From Ophelia neglecta (taxonomy: Eukaryota), in NCBI GenBank assembly GCA_965285935.1, contig OZ260665.1, positions 20,646,001-20,710,000 of the forward strand: a stretch of DNA of 64,000 nt, read 5' to 3'. Under the pieces are notes generated by a model that saw only the letters and a program-made list of their open reading frames with translations, was not told where the DNA came from and made no database searches. Both the position numbers and the translations under genes were made by a program. Positions 24,861 through 39,683 of this stretch are shown one piece after another. Each line of letters opens with the position of its first letter. Position 1 is the stretch's first letter.

Positions 24861-27212
24861 ATTAAAAGAACTTCACAACAAAGAAGACAAATGTCGAAGA
24901 AAGTTTAATGGCTCATAACAGGAGAGGAAAGTATATTTATATATTTATTTGAGCAATAACATCCGTGTATAAAGGTGCATATTTGAATCAACCTTCTCGA
25001 ATATCCATAACCACAAATCACAGTTGCTCCCCCAACATCTAATGCCATACAGTCCAGTAATGGCTTCATTGTAATTTCAGTGCATCTTGTTCACAATGAC
25101 GAAACCTGCAATAATGACTAATCTAATGCGATTGTTCTCACCACGAATATTCTTTGTATGCAATATATTCTTATATTACTGGCTTTTATCTATAACATAA
25201 ACATGCCTTATTTCGAAAATAATATTGAAACTGATAACACTTAGAACTGGTTGAGCATTACTTAACTAATAGTTGGTGCTGTTAATATGTCCCATGTGTA
25301 ACAATGCCCAAGGGCCCTTACCCATCAATGAATGATATTTATAGCATATATACTCATGGTCCCTTGTTCATACAGGGACAGTTTCCTGAGCCGGCCAGAC
25401 AAAAAGTTTTGGCCTACATTGGTCATAAAACTATTCATCCAGTAAGGTTTATTAACACATGATATGATTCGGCAGCTTTTTGACAATTAAAACGGCACTG
25501 AGAAGCCGCAAAGTTACACCACTACCAACATGTAAAGAAGGAAGTCGATGTGCATTATCGCCCAGTTTTAAAGGCAGATGTTCATGTCCCATGTTGATGT
25601 AATTAGGCTTATATGAAACCCGGCTTAGGTGGAATCTTGTCAATATGAAAGGTCATTGTGAAAACTACTACTGACAATCTTTTAAACTGCGTAATTTGCC
25701 TGGAAACATACATATATAGACACGTTTTCAGCAATGTTACATATTGCTATAAAGGTGTGTAGAAGGCAATAATGATTTACAATGTATTGTGACTAAGTCA
25801 TCTGTAGCTCATCATTAAGTAATATTTCACCACTATTCAGGCTGATGATTGTACATATCCAAGGATAATTAAAACACACTGATATACACACAACTAAATG
25901 GCACATGTTTCATGTACACAGTAGATGTGTTTTGTCAATGATAATAACTCGTAGTCATTTGAAGTAATATTCTTCCTACACAGGTTGGAAACAAGTCGTT
26001 TTCCACGGGGCAACCGATTTCAATATTGCATTGTAGTGGCGAATATTTCACTTCTTTCCTGTGAATATAAATGTTATAACATGTCTACATTGTCACTTCC
26101 TTTGCCAGTGGAATCAAAGCGTCCCGAAAGATGTTTCTTAATTTGTCAAATCGGAAATGCAAATAAGGCAAATATCAAAGTTGTCTTGTCACCTGTCGGT
26201 AAATTTTATAACATAAGTGCATAGCTGCAATCAGGTAGTTTGCTTTAATAAAAAAAACATTATTTGCGATCGCATTTTATGTCGTATAATCAGTGATGCA
26301 TTTGCCAATAGTGCCATGCATTTTAAAGGGGCTGCAACCAATGGAGCATATTTGTATGGTATTGTGCCATTAAAATAGGGCCTAATAAACTTTTCACATA
26401 GAGTGCACAGTATGAAACATTGCCGTTGCCATGGACGTGAGATATGTGACCTTGACAAAGCGGCTTTCAAGGAACATCCACAGTATGTATTTAAGTGACC
26501 TTCACATTAACATGTGCCCGTCAAACAATCACTAACTCGGAATGGCGATATAGCATAATTTGATATTTGACCGTATCGTGGTAGGGTATGAATGTACTTA
26601 TATATGCTGTTATTGCCCCTCTATTGGTGTACACATCTTCTTGTGTTTGATTTCTAACGACTCCCCAATTTGCAGCCTTTAATAACACTTCCTTTAAAAG
26701 AAATTGAGGTAACATACAAACACCCACACAAACCCAATTTTCGACTAAGACTAGTCACCATAAATCTTCGTCGATCATTTAGTAAACCTCTACTTATACA
26801 GCTATTCCGATTGAGAATTGAATTTCAATAAACACTCGCCAACAATTTGTGTTTTTTTTATGTAAACCAATTAGCGACTACTGAAAAAATTCAAGTACAA
26901 TTCCATTGGAAAATATCTGCCAAATAGACGAAAACAAAATGATATCAAGTCTGATGTTCGTATTCATCGTTTTAGGTTATACAGTTTTATATACGTTGCA
27001 GACTTGATGGGAAAGACCACCCTTAGATCAAAGAGAAAAACTGTCTAGGGAACGTGTGAAATAACATAATAATGTCAATCATGTGGGCGATTCTTCATTA
27101 GCTATTTCATTAAAGGCCTTCATTCAACATTTAATACTTTGAATGACATATCGTGTGAGAATATATTGATTCATGTACGAATATTTTGACAAATTCTGCG
27201 ATCAATATGAAT

Positions 27213-27248
27213 GAGAGAGAGAGATAGAGAGAGAAAAAAGAGAGAGAG
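27213..27248. repeat. (GA)n microsatellite
   Basis: gagagagagagatagagagagaaaaaagagagagag. Confidence 0.75.
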
Positions 27249-27839
27249 TTTATCCGTATTCTCAGTATAGGTTTTGTTTCAACTGACGTTTTTTGTGGAT
27301 AATCCTGCACGATTAAAAATATGAAAAAATTAAAAATATGAAAAAGTACACATTATAAATAATTCCAACAAAATGTATTCTCAAGTTAAGAAAAGAGGTT
27401 TCCCGCGCCAGTAAAGTGATAGTTTGTTGTTTGTGGTCCTGCAAGAGCTTCTATATGGCAGTCATTATACCGACAGTCTATAGGAAGGAAACCTGATATT
27501 TGCTTTCATACATTAGGTTGCATGACTTTCATCGTATTTGAGATGGTAGGTGTGATCGGTAAGAAAACAATTTTCATGTTGCGTGGATCAGGGCGCAAGT
27601 TTAACCCAAGAAATATATCGCTGGCATATAACCTTTAGCCGAAGAGGTTAAATGGCAATGCATAATTTTATGTTGAAGTCTATTTCATTACACCTCTCTT
27701 GCTGCCGATTCGGTATCCGATGACACAAAACACTTTCGGGTTCTATGTACTAACTCATTATAAGTGATATAATATATGTCGCTAGATGACAGTAGGCATT
27801 AGACGGTAGTCACTAAGCTGTGGTAACATACATACATAA

Positions 27840-29457
27840 TAAGGAACTGTCATATCACTGTCAGCATGATAAGGTCGCTCTTGCTGGAGGTGTATGAGGG
27901 ACCTGTCATACCAATGACAGTATGTTTAGTTCGCTCTAGCTGGGATGACATACGTGAACGTGTATGAGCGACCTGTCGTACCTCTGACAGTATGTTTAAT
28001 TCACTCTAACTGGGGTGACATACGTGAACGTGTGTAAGGGACCTGTCGTATCACTGACAGTATGTTTAGGTCACTCTTACTGGGGTGACATACGTGAACG
28101 TGTGTAAGGGACCTGTCGTACCACTGACAGTATGTTTAGGTCACTCTTACTGGGGCGACATACGTGAACGTGTGTAAGGGACCTGTCGTACCACTGACAC
28201 TATGTTTAGGTCATTCTTTCTGGGGTGACATACGTGAACGTCTGTAAGGGACCTGTCGTACCACTGACAGTATGTTTAGGTCACTCTTTCTGGGGTGACA
28301 TACGTGAACGTGTGTAAGGCACCTGTCGTACCACTGACACTATGTTTAGGTCATTCTTTCTGGGGTGACATACGTGAACGTGTGTAAGGGACCTGTCGTA
28401 CCACTGACAGTATGTTTAGGTCACTCTTACTGGGGCGACATACGTGAACGTGTGTAAGGGACCTGTCGTACCACTGACACTATGTTTAGGTCATTCTTTC
28501 TGGGGTGACATACGTGAACGTGTGTAAGGGACCTGTCGTACCACTGACAGTATGTTTAGGTCACTCTTACTGGGTAGACCTACGTGAACGTGTGTAAGGC
28601 ACCTGTCGTACCACTGACAGTATGTTTAGGTCATTCTTTCTGGGGTGACATACGTGAACCTGTGTAAGGGACCTGTCGTACCACTGACAGTATGTTTAGG
28701 TCATTCTTTCTGGGGTGACATACGTGAACGTGTGTAAGGGACCTGTCGTACCACTGACACTATGTTTAGGTCATTCTTTCTTGGGTGACATACGTGAACC
28801 TGTGTAAGGGACCTGTCGTACCACTGACAGTATGTTTAGGTCATTCTTTCTGGGGTGACATACGTGAACGTGTGTAAGGGACCTGTCGTACCACTGACAC
28901 TATGTTTAGGTCATTCTTTCTGGGGTGACATACGTGAACGTGTGTAAGGCACCTGTCGTACCACTGACACTATGTTTAGGTCATTCTTTCTGGGGTGACA
29001 TACGTGAACGTGTGTAAGGGACCTGTCGTACCACTGACAGTATGTTTAGGTCACTCTTACTGGGGCGACATACGTGAACGTGTGTAAGGGACCTGTCGTA
29101 CCACTGACAGTATGTTTAGGTCACTCTTACTGGGGCGACATACTTGAACGTGTGTAAGGGACCTGTCGTACCACTGACAGTATGTTTAGGTCACTCTTAC
29201 TGGGTAGACATACGTGAACGTGTGTAAGGGACCTGTCGTACCACTGACACTATGTTTAGGTCATTCTTTCTGGGGTGACATACGTGAACCTGTGTAAGGG
29301 ACCTGTCGTACCACTGACAGTATGTTTAGGTCATTCTTTCTTGGGTGACATACGTGAACCTGTGTAAGGGACCTGTCGTACCTCTGACAGTATGTTAAGT
29401 TCACTCTAGCTGGGGTGACATACAAGGACGTGTGGGAAGGACCTGTCGTACCATTGA
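27840..29457. repeat. 70-bp minisatellite: 21 full units (27951-29420) plus degenerate edge units
   Basis: Unit tacgtgaacgtgtgtaagggacctgtcgtaccactgaca(g/c)tatgtttaggtca(c/t)tctt(a/t)ctggggtgaca recurs every 70 nt (27951, 28021, ... 29351). No unique spacers. Confidence 0.97.
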
Positions 29458-32400
29458 GCAGGGGTATGTTACATTAAAGTCGGATAGGTTCAGGGTATAT
29501 AAAATGGGTGGGGGGGGGGGGGGAGCTCGTTTTATTAATCTGATATCTAAATTTGTTATTAAGCAGTCTATCCTAAGCCAAAGCTAAGTTCTGGCTACGC
29601 TTATTTGAATAATTAGTAATCCTGGCCGTGCACTGGGGCAGGGACAAGGCTGATTGGCGGAGACAGGCTTGCTATTTGTTCAACCCCCCTTACAATTTGT
29701 CCTGGTATATCTGTTACTATTAACTGCCTATCCCCCGGCCCCCGATAAAATTGATTTAGCACCTTTGTTTACTAAGCTGTTCGAGGAGACAGGAGAAAGC
29801 AGACACATCTATTAACTTACAGCACATGTACGACTCTTGATAAAGAAGTTCCGGATGCGGTGTGTGTTTCTCTTTTAATATATTAAAAATATCTTCGAAA
29901 CTCATGTGTATATTAAAAATCACCAGTCATTGGCGTTTTTTTTATTTTTATGTTACAAAGCCTTCACCGCTTTCTAAATCACCTTTTTATTTTTATTTTT
30001 TTTTTCTAGAAATACTTCCTACAGATATGTGCCTTTGGCACTTTTTTTGTAAATATGGTGAGGGCGGGCCGTTAAGAATTTCTCGTTGATGTGTTTTTTT
30101 TAATTTAGCATTTATTGTTATCATTTCCAGCTGTTAATTAAGCGGGCTGAGGCTTTTCTTTTTCTTCGTTACTGTCGGAAAAGCTGCGGCTGACTTTAAA
30201 CTTTTTTCCATTGAAAATATCGAGTGGAATACTTTTTTATAGCAACAGTTTTCTATGCATATTGAAGCTTTCATTTTGAGGTTTGCCCGTTCACTGATTG
30301 AAACAATATGATAGTGATTTGAAACGGTCGCACGTACACAAATGGTCAATGTGTTTTCATTGAGATTGGCAGGATTCCATGTCAAAGCTTGGGCTTCAAT
30401 AAATACTTGTGAATTAAACGTGCCTGTACTGGCGTAAAAGCAAAGTTAAGTCCGCCATTTTACCTCAGGGAGGTTTTACATAGACACTAGCCTAAATCTA
30501 GTTGGCCTCCTTAGGAACATGTTCTGTGTATAAACGAGTCTGGAATTTTTGCATACGTCACAGATTTCAAGTGCCCATTCAGCACTGCTATCTTATGCCA
30601 TTTACAAACAATCACCGACACAATTCCCTGACCAACCATTTCATCAATGTCGTAAAACACATACCGTCAATATTGGGAGCAATTTTTGGAAATCTAGCCA
30701 GGCGGTGAATAATGATAATAATCAAGACACATCCCAATAGAGTTTGTCACACCTAAGGCATTGAATACCAGCCAATAGTAGTGTAGTGCACATTCACCAG
30801 AACAAATTGGTCATCCTCACCCACGACCCCAAATCGCCTCTGACCGGCCCCGCAACAAAGCAAGCGGGAAATCTGATACGTAGTTGCTACAATTTCTCAT
30901 CGGCCGTATATTTATTACCGAAAAATATTGATGATAATTGCTAGTTAAGTTGGGTTTATTATGTATAGTGGTCTTACTAACTAAGGCTATTTACTTATAC
31001 TTAAGTTGTATGTGTTTGTGACCAAAGCAAGTTATTTATGTCAGGAAAGTCAATAAAACGAACGAAATTGGGCTTACATAGTTATTTGAATTGTAAGAAA
31101 ATAACACCTCTTTTGATACGATTTCCAATATACCTGTCAGATGATGTCAGGGCTTTCGTCAAATGTTGGGAAACTCAGCCGACACTAGATAGTACATGAC
31201 AATCCGTATTGGTTGTTGCTTTCAAACACCCAACAGTTGTTGTTAAAAACACATGCCAAATGTAGTGATTCAGAACTGTATGGGAAATTTTATCACATTT
31301 AATTTGTTGCTATTAGTAAGTGTTTATTGGTATTTTTACCAAATGTTCATCCAGTGAAACTTTGTTATACATGGCACTATTCATAATGTGTATTTCAACA
31401 TTTTCAACATGGTATATTTGGCCAGAACGGGTTGGAATTTATGTTTTAATTTTGTTGTAATTGTTTCTCCATCCTCAATTTATATTTAAGAACCAAAGTT
31501 CAAACAAAGCGGCGTAAGCTAGTACCAAAAAGCGATCTTAGATTAACGTTAGTTTCTAACACGCCACAGCAAACATGGTAATGGACCACTTTACATGGGG
31601 ACGGTTATCGTCACCCTTGCTAAGAAAATCGAAGCATGTACTTTTCACGTCTGCTTAACACAAGACACAGGCATAAACCAAAAACAAAACTGATATTTGT
31701 CAGTTGAATGATATGACATTATCACTTTCATAGTGATGGTCATACCAGAAACAACGCAATGCAATACAGCCCCGACCACCGCCGGGGAAACAGGCACCGC
31801 CGAGACCCTGGCGGCCAGTGCAGTTACCACATCCGCATCACCGAGACCCCGGCGGCGACCACGGAGACAACCCATTGAGGCCAGGCCTGCCGACTTTACA
31901 TTCAGCCAAGACAAAGCAAACAATTTATAATAATATGAGCCTAGAAGAAATAAAGAAAAGAAACAAAAAAGGAGAAAAATATTGCCCGATCTCTCAAAAT
32001 AAAGACAAAATCAGATGAAGCAGACAAATTAGGGATTACCACACCAAACAACACATTGATTATGAAAGGCAGTTCGAATCTAGATATGCACAATAAATCA
32101 AATATCGATGGTTGATCTTACTCAATGTAAAATGTTGTAAATTCTGAATATATCAAATAATCACCAATCAAAATCTTCTTAAGATTAATTTCACGGGTGT
32201 TTGGATGGCCTCTGCAAGAGCGATCCTGTCAGAGACCTAACTTTCTACCGTTTATTTTTGATACACTGTTTTTTAAAATTTATTCTTATAGGACCAACTG
32301 CTGACAGGTGTATTTGTCACCAACTTCTAGTATCATGAAGGTGGATATTATTATTGTACGTTATGGCAGTTCTACAGCACTACAATCAGCACTACATCTA

Positions 32401-32519
32401 GCTTATATATCCTCGTAGTATTTAATGCATTCACAAAGATAGAAATAGTCTTAAGTATGTGACATGGCAGAATTCAAAATTCGAATGCAGTTATTTGTAT
32501 TTTTTTCTTTATCTTCTCA

Positions 32520-32990
32520 TTTGTATTAACCTTCCAGTTCAGACCTTGGTCAAACCAAATGCCCATAAACATAAATTATTCAACTCTTTCTATCACCTGA
32601 TTAGCGATGGTTAGAGATTGCATTAAATTTATGTAGACCATGAAGTCATTGGAAAGCATCAAGTTTTGAACTGGAATTGATGAAAGAGAATGAATTTGGC
32701 ATTCATCATTTGCCAAAGCAATATAATTTGTCGGCCTGAAAAATTATATTTGTGTCATTGTCAAACCGAATGAACTGGGGTCAGATCGGATGACATAGGA
32801 AGGTCATTGATGTACAACAAGAATAAGAGCGGACTCGATATAGAGCCTTGGCGAAGTCCACATGATATGTGGGAAAATTCAGAATGATGCCCATTGTATA
32901 AAACACATTAGTTACGTCCACTTTAATAGCTTCTCATTAATTTATTTGTTATACCTCTTACTCAACAAATTTTATAGATCCAATAAAACA
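32520..32990 (-). mobile_element. Decayed CR1/L2-group LINE reverse-transcriptase fragment
   Basis: Minus-strand CGLRQGSISSPLLFLLYINDLP (GVPQGSxLGPLLFLxYINDL motif), then FDNDTN (cf. FADDT), then IERVE*FMFMGIWFDQGLNW. Contains stops and frameshifts. Confidence 0.8.
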
Positions 32991-33667
32991 GTGAATGCCA
33001 GTTTTGCTACTTTGCGATGGATATACATCACTACCCAATAACCCATAGACACTCGTGTAAGGAAAAGAAATTCCATGAAACATATGCTAAAGAAAACCAT
33101 GTAAACTCGTTTTTCCTAGTTTTACCTATGCCGAATTTTTTGTTCAATCACCACTGGCTGTATTAGCAAAGACACATAGGCATGTCTCCTTTACTGGCCT
33201 GTGCGAAAAACCTTTCATTTTCTTGTCATTTAATACGTGTATTTATCCGCCCCGCTGCATGTACAACCATAATTGTCATTCTAATTGATATATGAATGTT
33301 ACACAGCGAGTAGCACAAAAACCACTCCGGTGTGAAACAGTTTAACCAGTCATATATTCTAAAATATTTACATTTAGGATAACGAAAGACTAAATTAAAG
33401 AAGATACTATACAAAATAAGTATGTCTTTTTGGATTTATAAACGGGAAATAAGACGCGTGATGATATTGAATGAAGAGGTATAGCATCCAAGCCTCACAA
33501 TGAAGAGCAACTTTAAAGACTTGAAGTTAGGTAGAATAACTTGTTTTATCACAAAGCCATGCACATAGGTTTTGTGGAGGAGCATATAGGTTTGTATTAT
33601 AATGGCTAGGATTACTCATTCGAATGATTTTTATACGATTATACGACCATAATCTGCGACTTGCTAA

Positions 33668-35190
33668 TTAATTTATTCATTCATTTTACCTCCGCTTTCC
33701 GGAGAGTACAGAGAATAGGAAAAAATAAAATCTATTAATAATAATATAAACTAAATCAAAAATTATAAGCGAACAAGAACAAATATATTAATCATAGAAA
33801 AAAAAAAAGTGCGCCCACTCCCCACTAGTCACATCACTAACACGGTTATCTAGGTTTTTGGTTTTCTCTTATTACGGAGGGAGTAAGTGTGGCCAATGAC
33901 TGACAGGATAAGCTCTGTGCCCCGTTTGCCCGACATGGCCTCAGTGAGAGTCGCCCTAGTCAGCGCGTCGGCTCCAAGGCTTGTGTCATGTCCCTCGTCA
34001 CTGAGGCAACCATGTGTATGTGATGGTTGCTGCGCAGAACCACAACATGTGTGCTAGCGTGTCTGGATGACAACAACACGAGGGACATATATCAAATGCT
34101 GCGCAGTCTGATTGCCTAATGGAGTGTTCATACAGGTTGGACGTTTTGGTGACGAGTTTAATTACCGTTTGCGCGCCACTAAGTTGGGTCATAGACTTTG
34201 CATTCCTCCACATTTCCGACAGTTTATAATCCATGCAAACCTCCCTGTACAGGTCTAGGCTAGAGTAGGTGAGACATTCCTGTTTCCATACGGAGCACTG
34301 TCGCATCCCCACTATCTTAGCGGAGTGACTTTTCCAGGCACATTTACTAGCTGATACGCCTCTGTGGAGCCAGGAGCGAAGGGTTTCCTCTGTGCCATAT
34401 TTCACAAAAGCGTCAACCATCATTGATGTTGGGCTCCCCACAGGAAGGGTCCCAGTTAGGTCCCACTCAGTCAATGTGTGCACGTAGAGCTGTCTATATA
34501 AGGATTTGATTGATAGTGCCATTATGTCCCTCATCAATCTGAGTCGTCTCAAGTCCAGCAGATGTTCTATTGACCACCATCCCAACTGTGCCATGGCAGC
34601 CGGGTTGGCAGTGTGTACGGGGAGACCCTGGATCCTCTTAGCATGTTGTCTGTGTTGAGTTTCCAGGACAGCCATTTGCTTCGGTGAAAGATGCAATGTT
34701 TCTAGGCCGTAAACCATGCTAGGGATAACAATTGACCAATATAATTTAGATAAGACAAGGGTATTATATTTCCCGGCTGCAGATCCGATACCAAGCACGC
34801 TGTTCATTGCTCTCTTCCCACGGCTCAGTCGCGCCTGGACTGCATAAGACAGGTCGCCCGGTAAGGGACAGAGGGGTACTCCAAGGTGCGTGGTGTGTTC
34901 TTTATGCGGAATGTGTTCTGGTCCTAGACTGACATGGAGCTGATCTTCCTTGTTTTCCCCGAAGGTGATAATTTCACATTTGGAGACATTGAATGTCATT
35001 CTCCATGTCTTCCCATAGTCGTCGGCGATCTGACACATTTTCTGGAGTGATTTCTCATGCAGCGCAAGTAAAGTAATGTCGTCTGCATATCCGGGACAGG
35101 CGGAGTTCAAACCATAGGCTACACATCCCAGGCCGCTGTTCTCCAGCGACTGGAAGAGACTGTTATACATGAACGTAAATAGCATAATAG
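33668..35190 (-). mobile_element. 5'-truncated non-LTR retrotransposon (RT C-terminal half, CCHC-like finger, 3' tail); RTE-X-like clade is inference
   Basis: ORF 33998-35185 has CPGYADDITL, WRMTFNVSKC, THLGV, MVYGLE and CPSC..DTLAHMLWFC. A frameshifted continuation runs to ~33850. 3' stem-loop followed by an (AATG)n-like tail at 33668-33710. Confidence 0.9.
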
Positions 35191-38100
35191 AGAGTTGATA
35201 TCAAAGTATTAAGCACACAATTAATGAAACAGTAATCGTATATAGCGACTTCAAGGGAGCAAGCACAAAACGGCTCTCGATCCAATTGCAAAACAACATT
35301 GACATATGAATAAATACTTGAAAGTTACATGTTAATATATTGGCTATGTCCAAGGTCACATCATTAAGGTTCTCACCGTTTCGTGAATTCGTTCTAAATC
35401 TGCTGTACGCAAAGCAACACCCTGTTCTTAAGCAACTTAAATATTTCCAAATTGCACCTAAATTGACTGTGATACTAAAGGGAATAGGTCATGTACACGA
35501 AAGGAGTAAATATATATTTCATTTGAATTTAAATAACCGGTTTGTTTTGAAGCAATATATGTAATTTGTTTGTTGTGAGCAAAAAGTACATGATGCAAGT
35601 GAAAGCGAACCAGTAATGGATTTGTATATGACACAGATTGGGGAGGGAAGTGCATGTATACAAGGCATCCATGTAAATATTTTAAGGGGTTATCTGTGAA
35701 TCATATTGCCAGACTTGAAATTGTAAAAGATTCTCCATACCAAGCAGCTTATATATTTCCGAGTTGTACATAAATGGTCTGTGATGGTGTCCATATTAAA
35801 GAGATTAAATACAGTTTAAAGCGGTAATCTGTGGAACATATTGCTAGACTTGAGTTTGTTAACAGATGCTCCATTGAACTGTAGAGACCAAAATGAAAAT
35901 CGCTATCTTGTTTTAAGGCAGTGATTGCCATGACTAAGTTTAGTTTAGACATATTTTGATGCAGGCAGCCAAAATGAAAGCAAATTGTTCTTCATTATGT
36001 TATAAAATTTGAGCCCATAACTCGTCCCTCGCAAAAGGCGGGTTGTATGGGCCAATGAGTTTCATAGCTCTAGGTCCATTTCTAATGTAATAATGGTTGG
36101 CTATATATTACTCCGGCTATGGAGCTATGGACCGAGCCATCTAGTCGCTGCGGTGAAAGACGAACTTTTTCTACCTACCAAAAAGACGCTATTTTGTCGG
36201 CTCTATAGAGGAGTCAGACGTTTATTTGAACACATAATCAATTCCTTATGGTCGATTCATTGTGATAAAGACATATATGTATGTAAAAAAACGTTTTTCC
36301 ACAGATTATGAAACTTAGCTTATAATGCGAAGCCGCATCCAAACACAGCATGTGATGATGTTAGCGCCGAGCATCGAACTTGGGTTCTGTTCCAGTGATT
36401 GCTTGTTTGGTAATGAGTACAACGGGTGTCAACGGCATTCCCTTAACTCTTATTCTAGCCACCATTATTTAAATTAGCACCTGAACAAGGTTTGAATTTT
36501 GATGAAACTTCTTCCCGGCAGAGGAAACTGTTTAAAATAACCCCTATTGTATATTTCATTATTCTCTCAGCATAAAAGTAGGTTTGTTTTGCAGCCGAAA
36601 AAAAAAACAAAGAACAAAACCCAACTCTTTTATAAAAAATATTATGCTATCAGTTATTATTTCAAACCATCAATTTATGAATTACACGGCTGTTCTGGTT
36701 GGCCTAATTAGACCAATTGATGCATGCTTTATATTCCGAATATAGCCTAATGAGCGCTTACATTAAATCAGAATAATGGGTACATTGAATTCAGGTCTGA
36801 CACTTCATAAGCAATTGAAATATGAAATGCTTTAAACAAGAATCACCGTACAGAAGAGCACTGAAAGTGCTCCCAAATTTTTCTCATGAAAGCAACACTG
36901 TAGCAGACGATAATTACCATTCCTTGAAGTTTGACTTCCATTTGAGTTTGTGCTAGCAACTTAATGACTTAGAAATATTTACCTAATGGTGTGCAGAAGA
37001 TTTGATTCTGTTATTATGAATTGCATGCTGCTCTAGTGGACAAACATCTATGCTGCTTACCATTCCGACAATTCCTTGTTCTCAAGAAAGAAATATCAAC
37101 TGAAATTTTCATTTGTTTAAATGGTTCGATGGATATCTATCTTTTCAAATAATTGCAGGTCTTAAAACAATGCCAGATCAATACTTAAAGATGAGACAAC
37201 ACTAAGATACATCATGTAATTTATATATCGTGACCCACAATAGAGGTTAAAATATAATCATACAATGTAAGGAACCATTTAAAAATAAATTCGGTTACGC
37301 CTATCTTAACATGGTAGTATCCCATGACACAACGTTCTTTATTCATAAAAGTGATTGCTCATTTAAACCTCAGTTTTGTTGTAAAATAACATTTGATATG
37401 TTGGTTTTAATTTTGGGCATGTGGTGTGACTTTATATCATTCAATGCATGTGCTTTGCGACATAGGGGCTGTTAGACTTAGGCCTAAATATTTAGCACAA
37501 ATTAATCAATCATAGATATGAGGCAGCATATTTGACAAAGAGTCGAAATCTAATAGTAAAATGTCCCCATGCAGCCCAGACTTTCCAGGCTTTGACGCGG
37601 CGTATGTTTATAGATCTTTAGGGCGATTCTGTTTTAGGTCAGTAAGGACATACATCACGCCATCCTTATAAAAGGTCATATACTGATGGATGGTATACAG
37701 ATTCATTGTACTATTCTCAGTAATGTTGAATATTGTAATCACTCGTCTAGCCGTCAACCAACACCAAGGCAAAGTCTAGACTGCGATAGGTGCTTTCAAT
37801 TGACACATTACTGATATTCGGGGACGCACTGAACCCATAATAAGAACTGTCCGTTCGAGATATTAAGGTGATAAGCTGGCACACAACCAATAATTTAATA
37901 TACTAATGATTGTGTGTCCAAGAGCACACTAATAATGATGAACGTGCCTAGATTACTTTATCTTTCCAAAGTTACATTTTTACCTCTTAAAGCAGGAGCA
38001 CTACTGTTTTTCGTTTGCCTACTATTCATGCTGCGTGTTCTTTTTCAGATGACTTTTGATTGCATACACACTTCAATTTAAACGTGTGTCATGTAAGTAG

Positions 38101-39683
38101 TAAATCTGTGCCAGAAAAAGAGATGATTTAATAAGTAGTACAATGAAAGACAATTATACATCTTAAAGTAATATATTTTGGATGTAGGTGTGTGGTGGCG
38201 GGCGTTCAAAGGTTTGTGAACCTGGAAAATAGCTTGGTCGAGGTGGTGATGGTTGAGACATTGGGTGGCGAGTAGGTATAAAGGGTTTAATAATAGAAGC
38301 CAGGTATTAAAGAATTGTTCAGACGAAACATTATCACCCTCAAGTGAAATGGCTCTGAGTAGTATGGATGGAATCGGATTGACGCATATATTTTCTGGCA
38401 TGTGTTCTTCGTCCTATTACAAATCCAAGATACTACTACCGGGTTTGATGAGCATGATCCGGGTGCAGGAGAAAATATACTCCACAGTCGGCGTTATTAT
38501 TAATAAGAATCGGCGCAGTGTAGTATTAGCTTCTTCAAGGGGAGTCTATGCTTCTATGCTGCTATGCTAAATAGCTAAATGTGAAGAGCTGACGATGGAA
38601 TATTTCCCTACTTCTGATTTAATTACTTTCATAATGACGAACATTTTCATGTCAGTGTAATATCCAACGTTGTGTTGCAACAGCAAACATTAAAATGGCC
38701 CTAAATGGGAAAAAACTGATTTGTTGTACTTTAAATGCAAAACACTTGTTATTTCTAACAAGATACAAGAGTGTTCAAATGGACGTATTTATTCAATCAA
38801 CACGACTTTCATAAATGCTATGGAAATAGCTCAACTAGATGGATCAACATTGGTATCCGTCTGATCTAACTGGGAATAGATATCTACATATTAACATGGA
38901 AAGTCTGTTAGTAGGAAGACTATAAAAATGCACCACAGACTTGGCCTAGAAGATCCCCCAGCTGCTGTTTGTGTTCTTATACTAACTTGCACTCTGTACC
39001 CTGTGCGCTTTGAATCTGTTCAGCAGTTTTAGCTGACACCGTTAAAAGTCTCTTGAGCCTTTTTTTGCATATCACATGGCACCATCTTCCCAGACGACCT
39101 AAAAGATTCCTTAGACATGCGTTTAGTCTCAAGTGCCAAATTGGTATTCTTGCACTCCAGATTTCTCACGTACGCCCAAAATTCCGACTCGTTTCAAATA
39201 CAGATCCTGCTCCTGAGGAAGCCTAATGGCTAGCTATGCTGCATAGAATAATTTTTCAATAGCATTGGTAAAGTAAGCCATTACATACTGGTTTGCCCCA
39301 CAGGATAACTCATGTACCTAGAAATTGAGAACTCAATTCCTGTGATTTATTTCTTTATGGACTGAAAACATAATAAGGTTTGTTCAGCATTATTCAATTG
39401 CCATATTCTGACTCTCCTCGGCACTGATCGTATTGTGTGTTAATGCTCGGTGTGAATATACATTGACAGCGTCAAAGACGATAAGTATTCAAACAAAGCC
39501 GCTAGGGGTCCTACCATGTGTACTCCTTGTACCTTGATAAACTATGAAGGGAAGCTTTTATCATAATAACTTCGTATATAGTCTAAGAATACACGCCTTG
39601 TTTTGTGCATTGCCGAGATGATCTTCGTTTAGTGTTTGCCTTAACTGACTGACTGAACTAAATGTTTATTTGGCAACGATAAT

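Noticed and set aside
27951-29420. CRISPR array or ribozyme-bearing satellite
   Set aside because: Units are contiguous with no unique spacers, there are no cas genes and the context is eukaryotic. No CUGANGA/GAAA hammerhead core was seen on either strand of the unit.
30440-30475. YY1-like ccgccatttt and minus-strand donor as a gene's first exon
   Set aside because: No downstream exons or ORF could be linked to it.
38078-38570. Overlapping 107-aa and 105-aa ORFs
   Set aside because: No recognisable motifs or consistent splice structure; may be an old repeat but cannot be supported.
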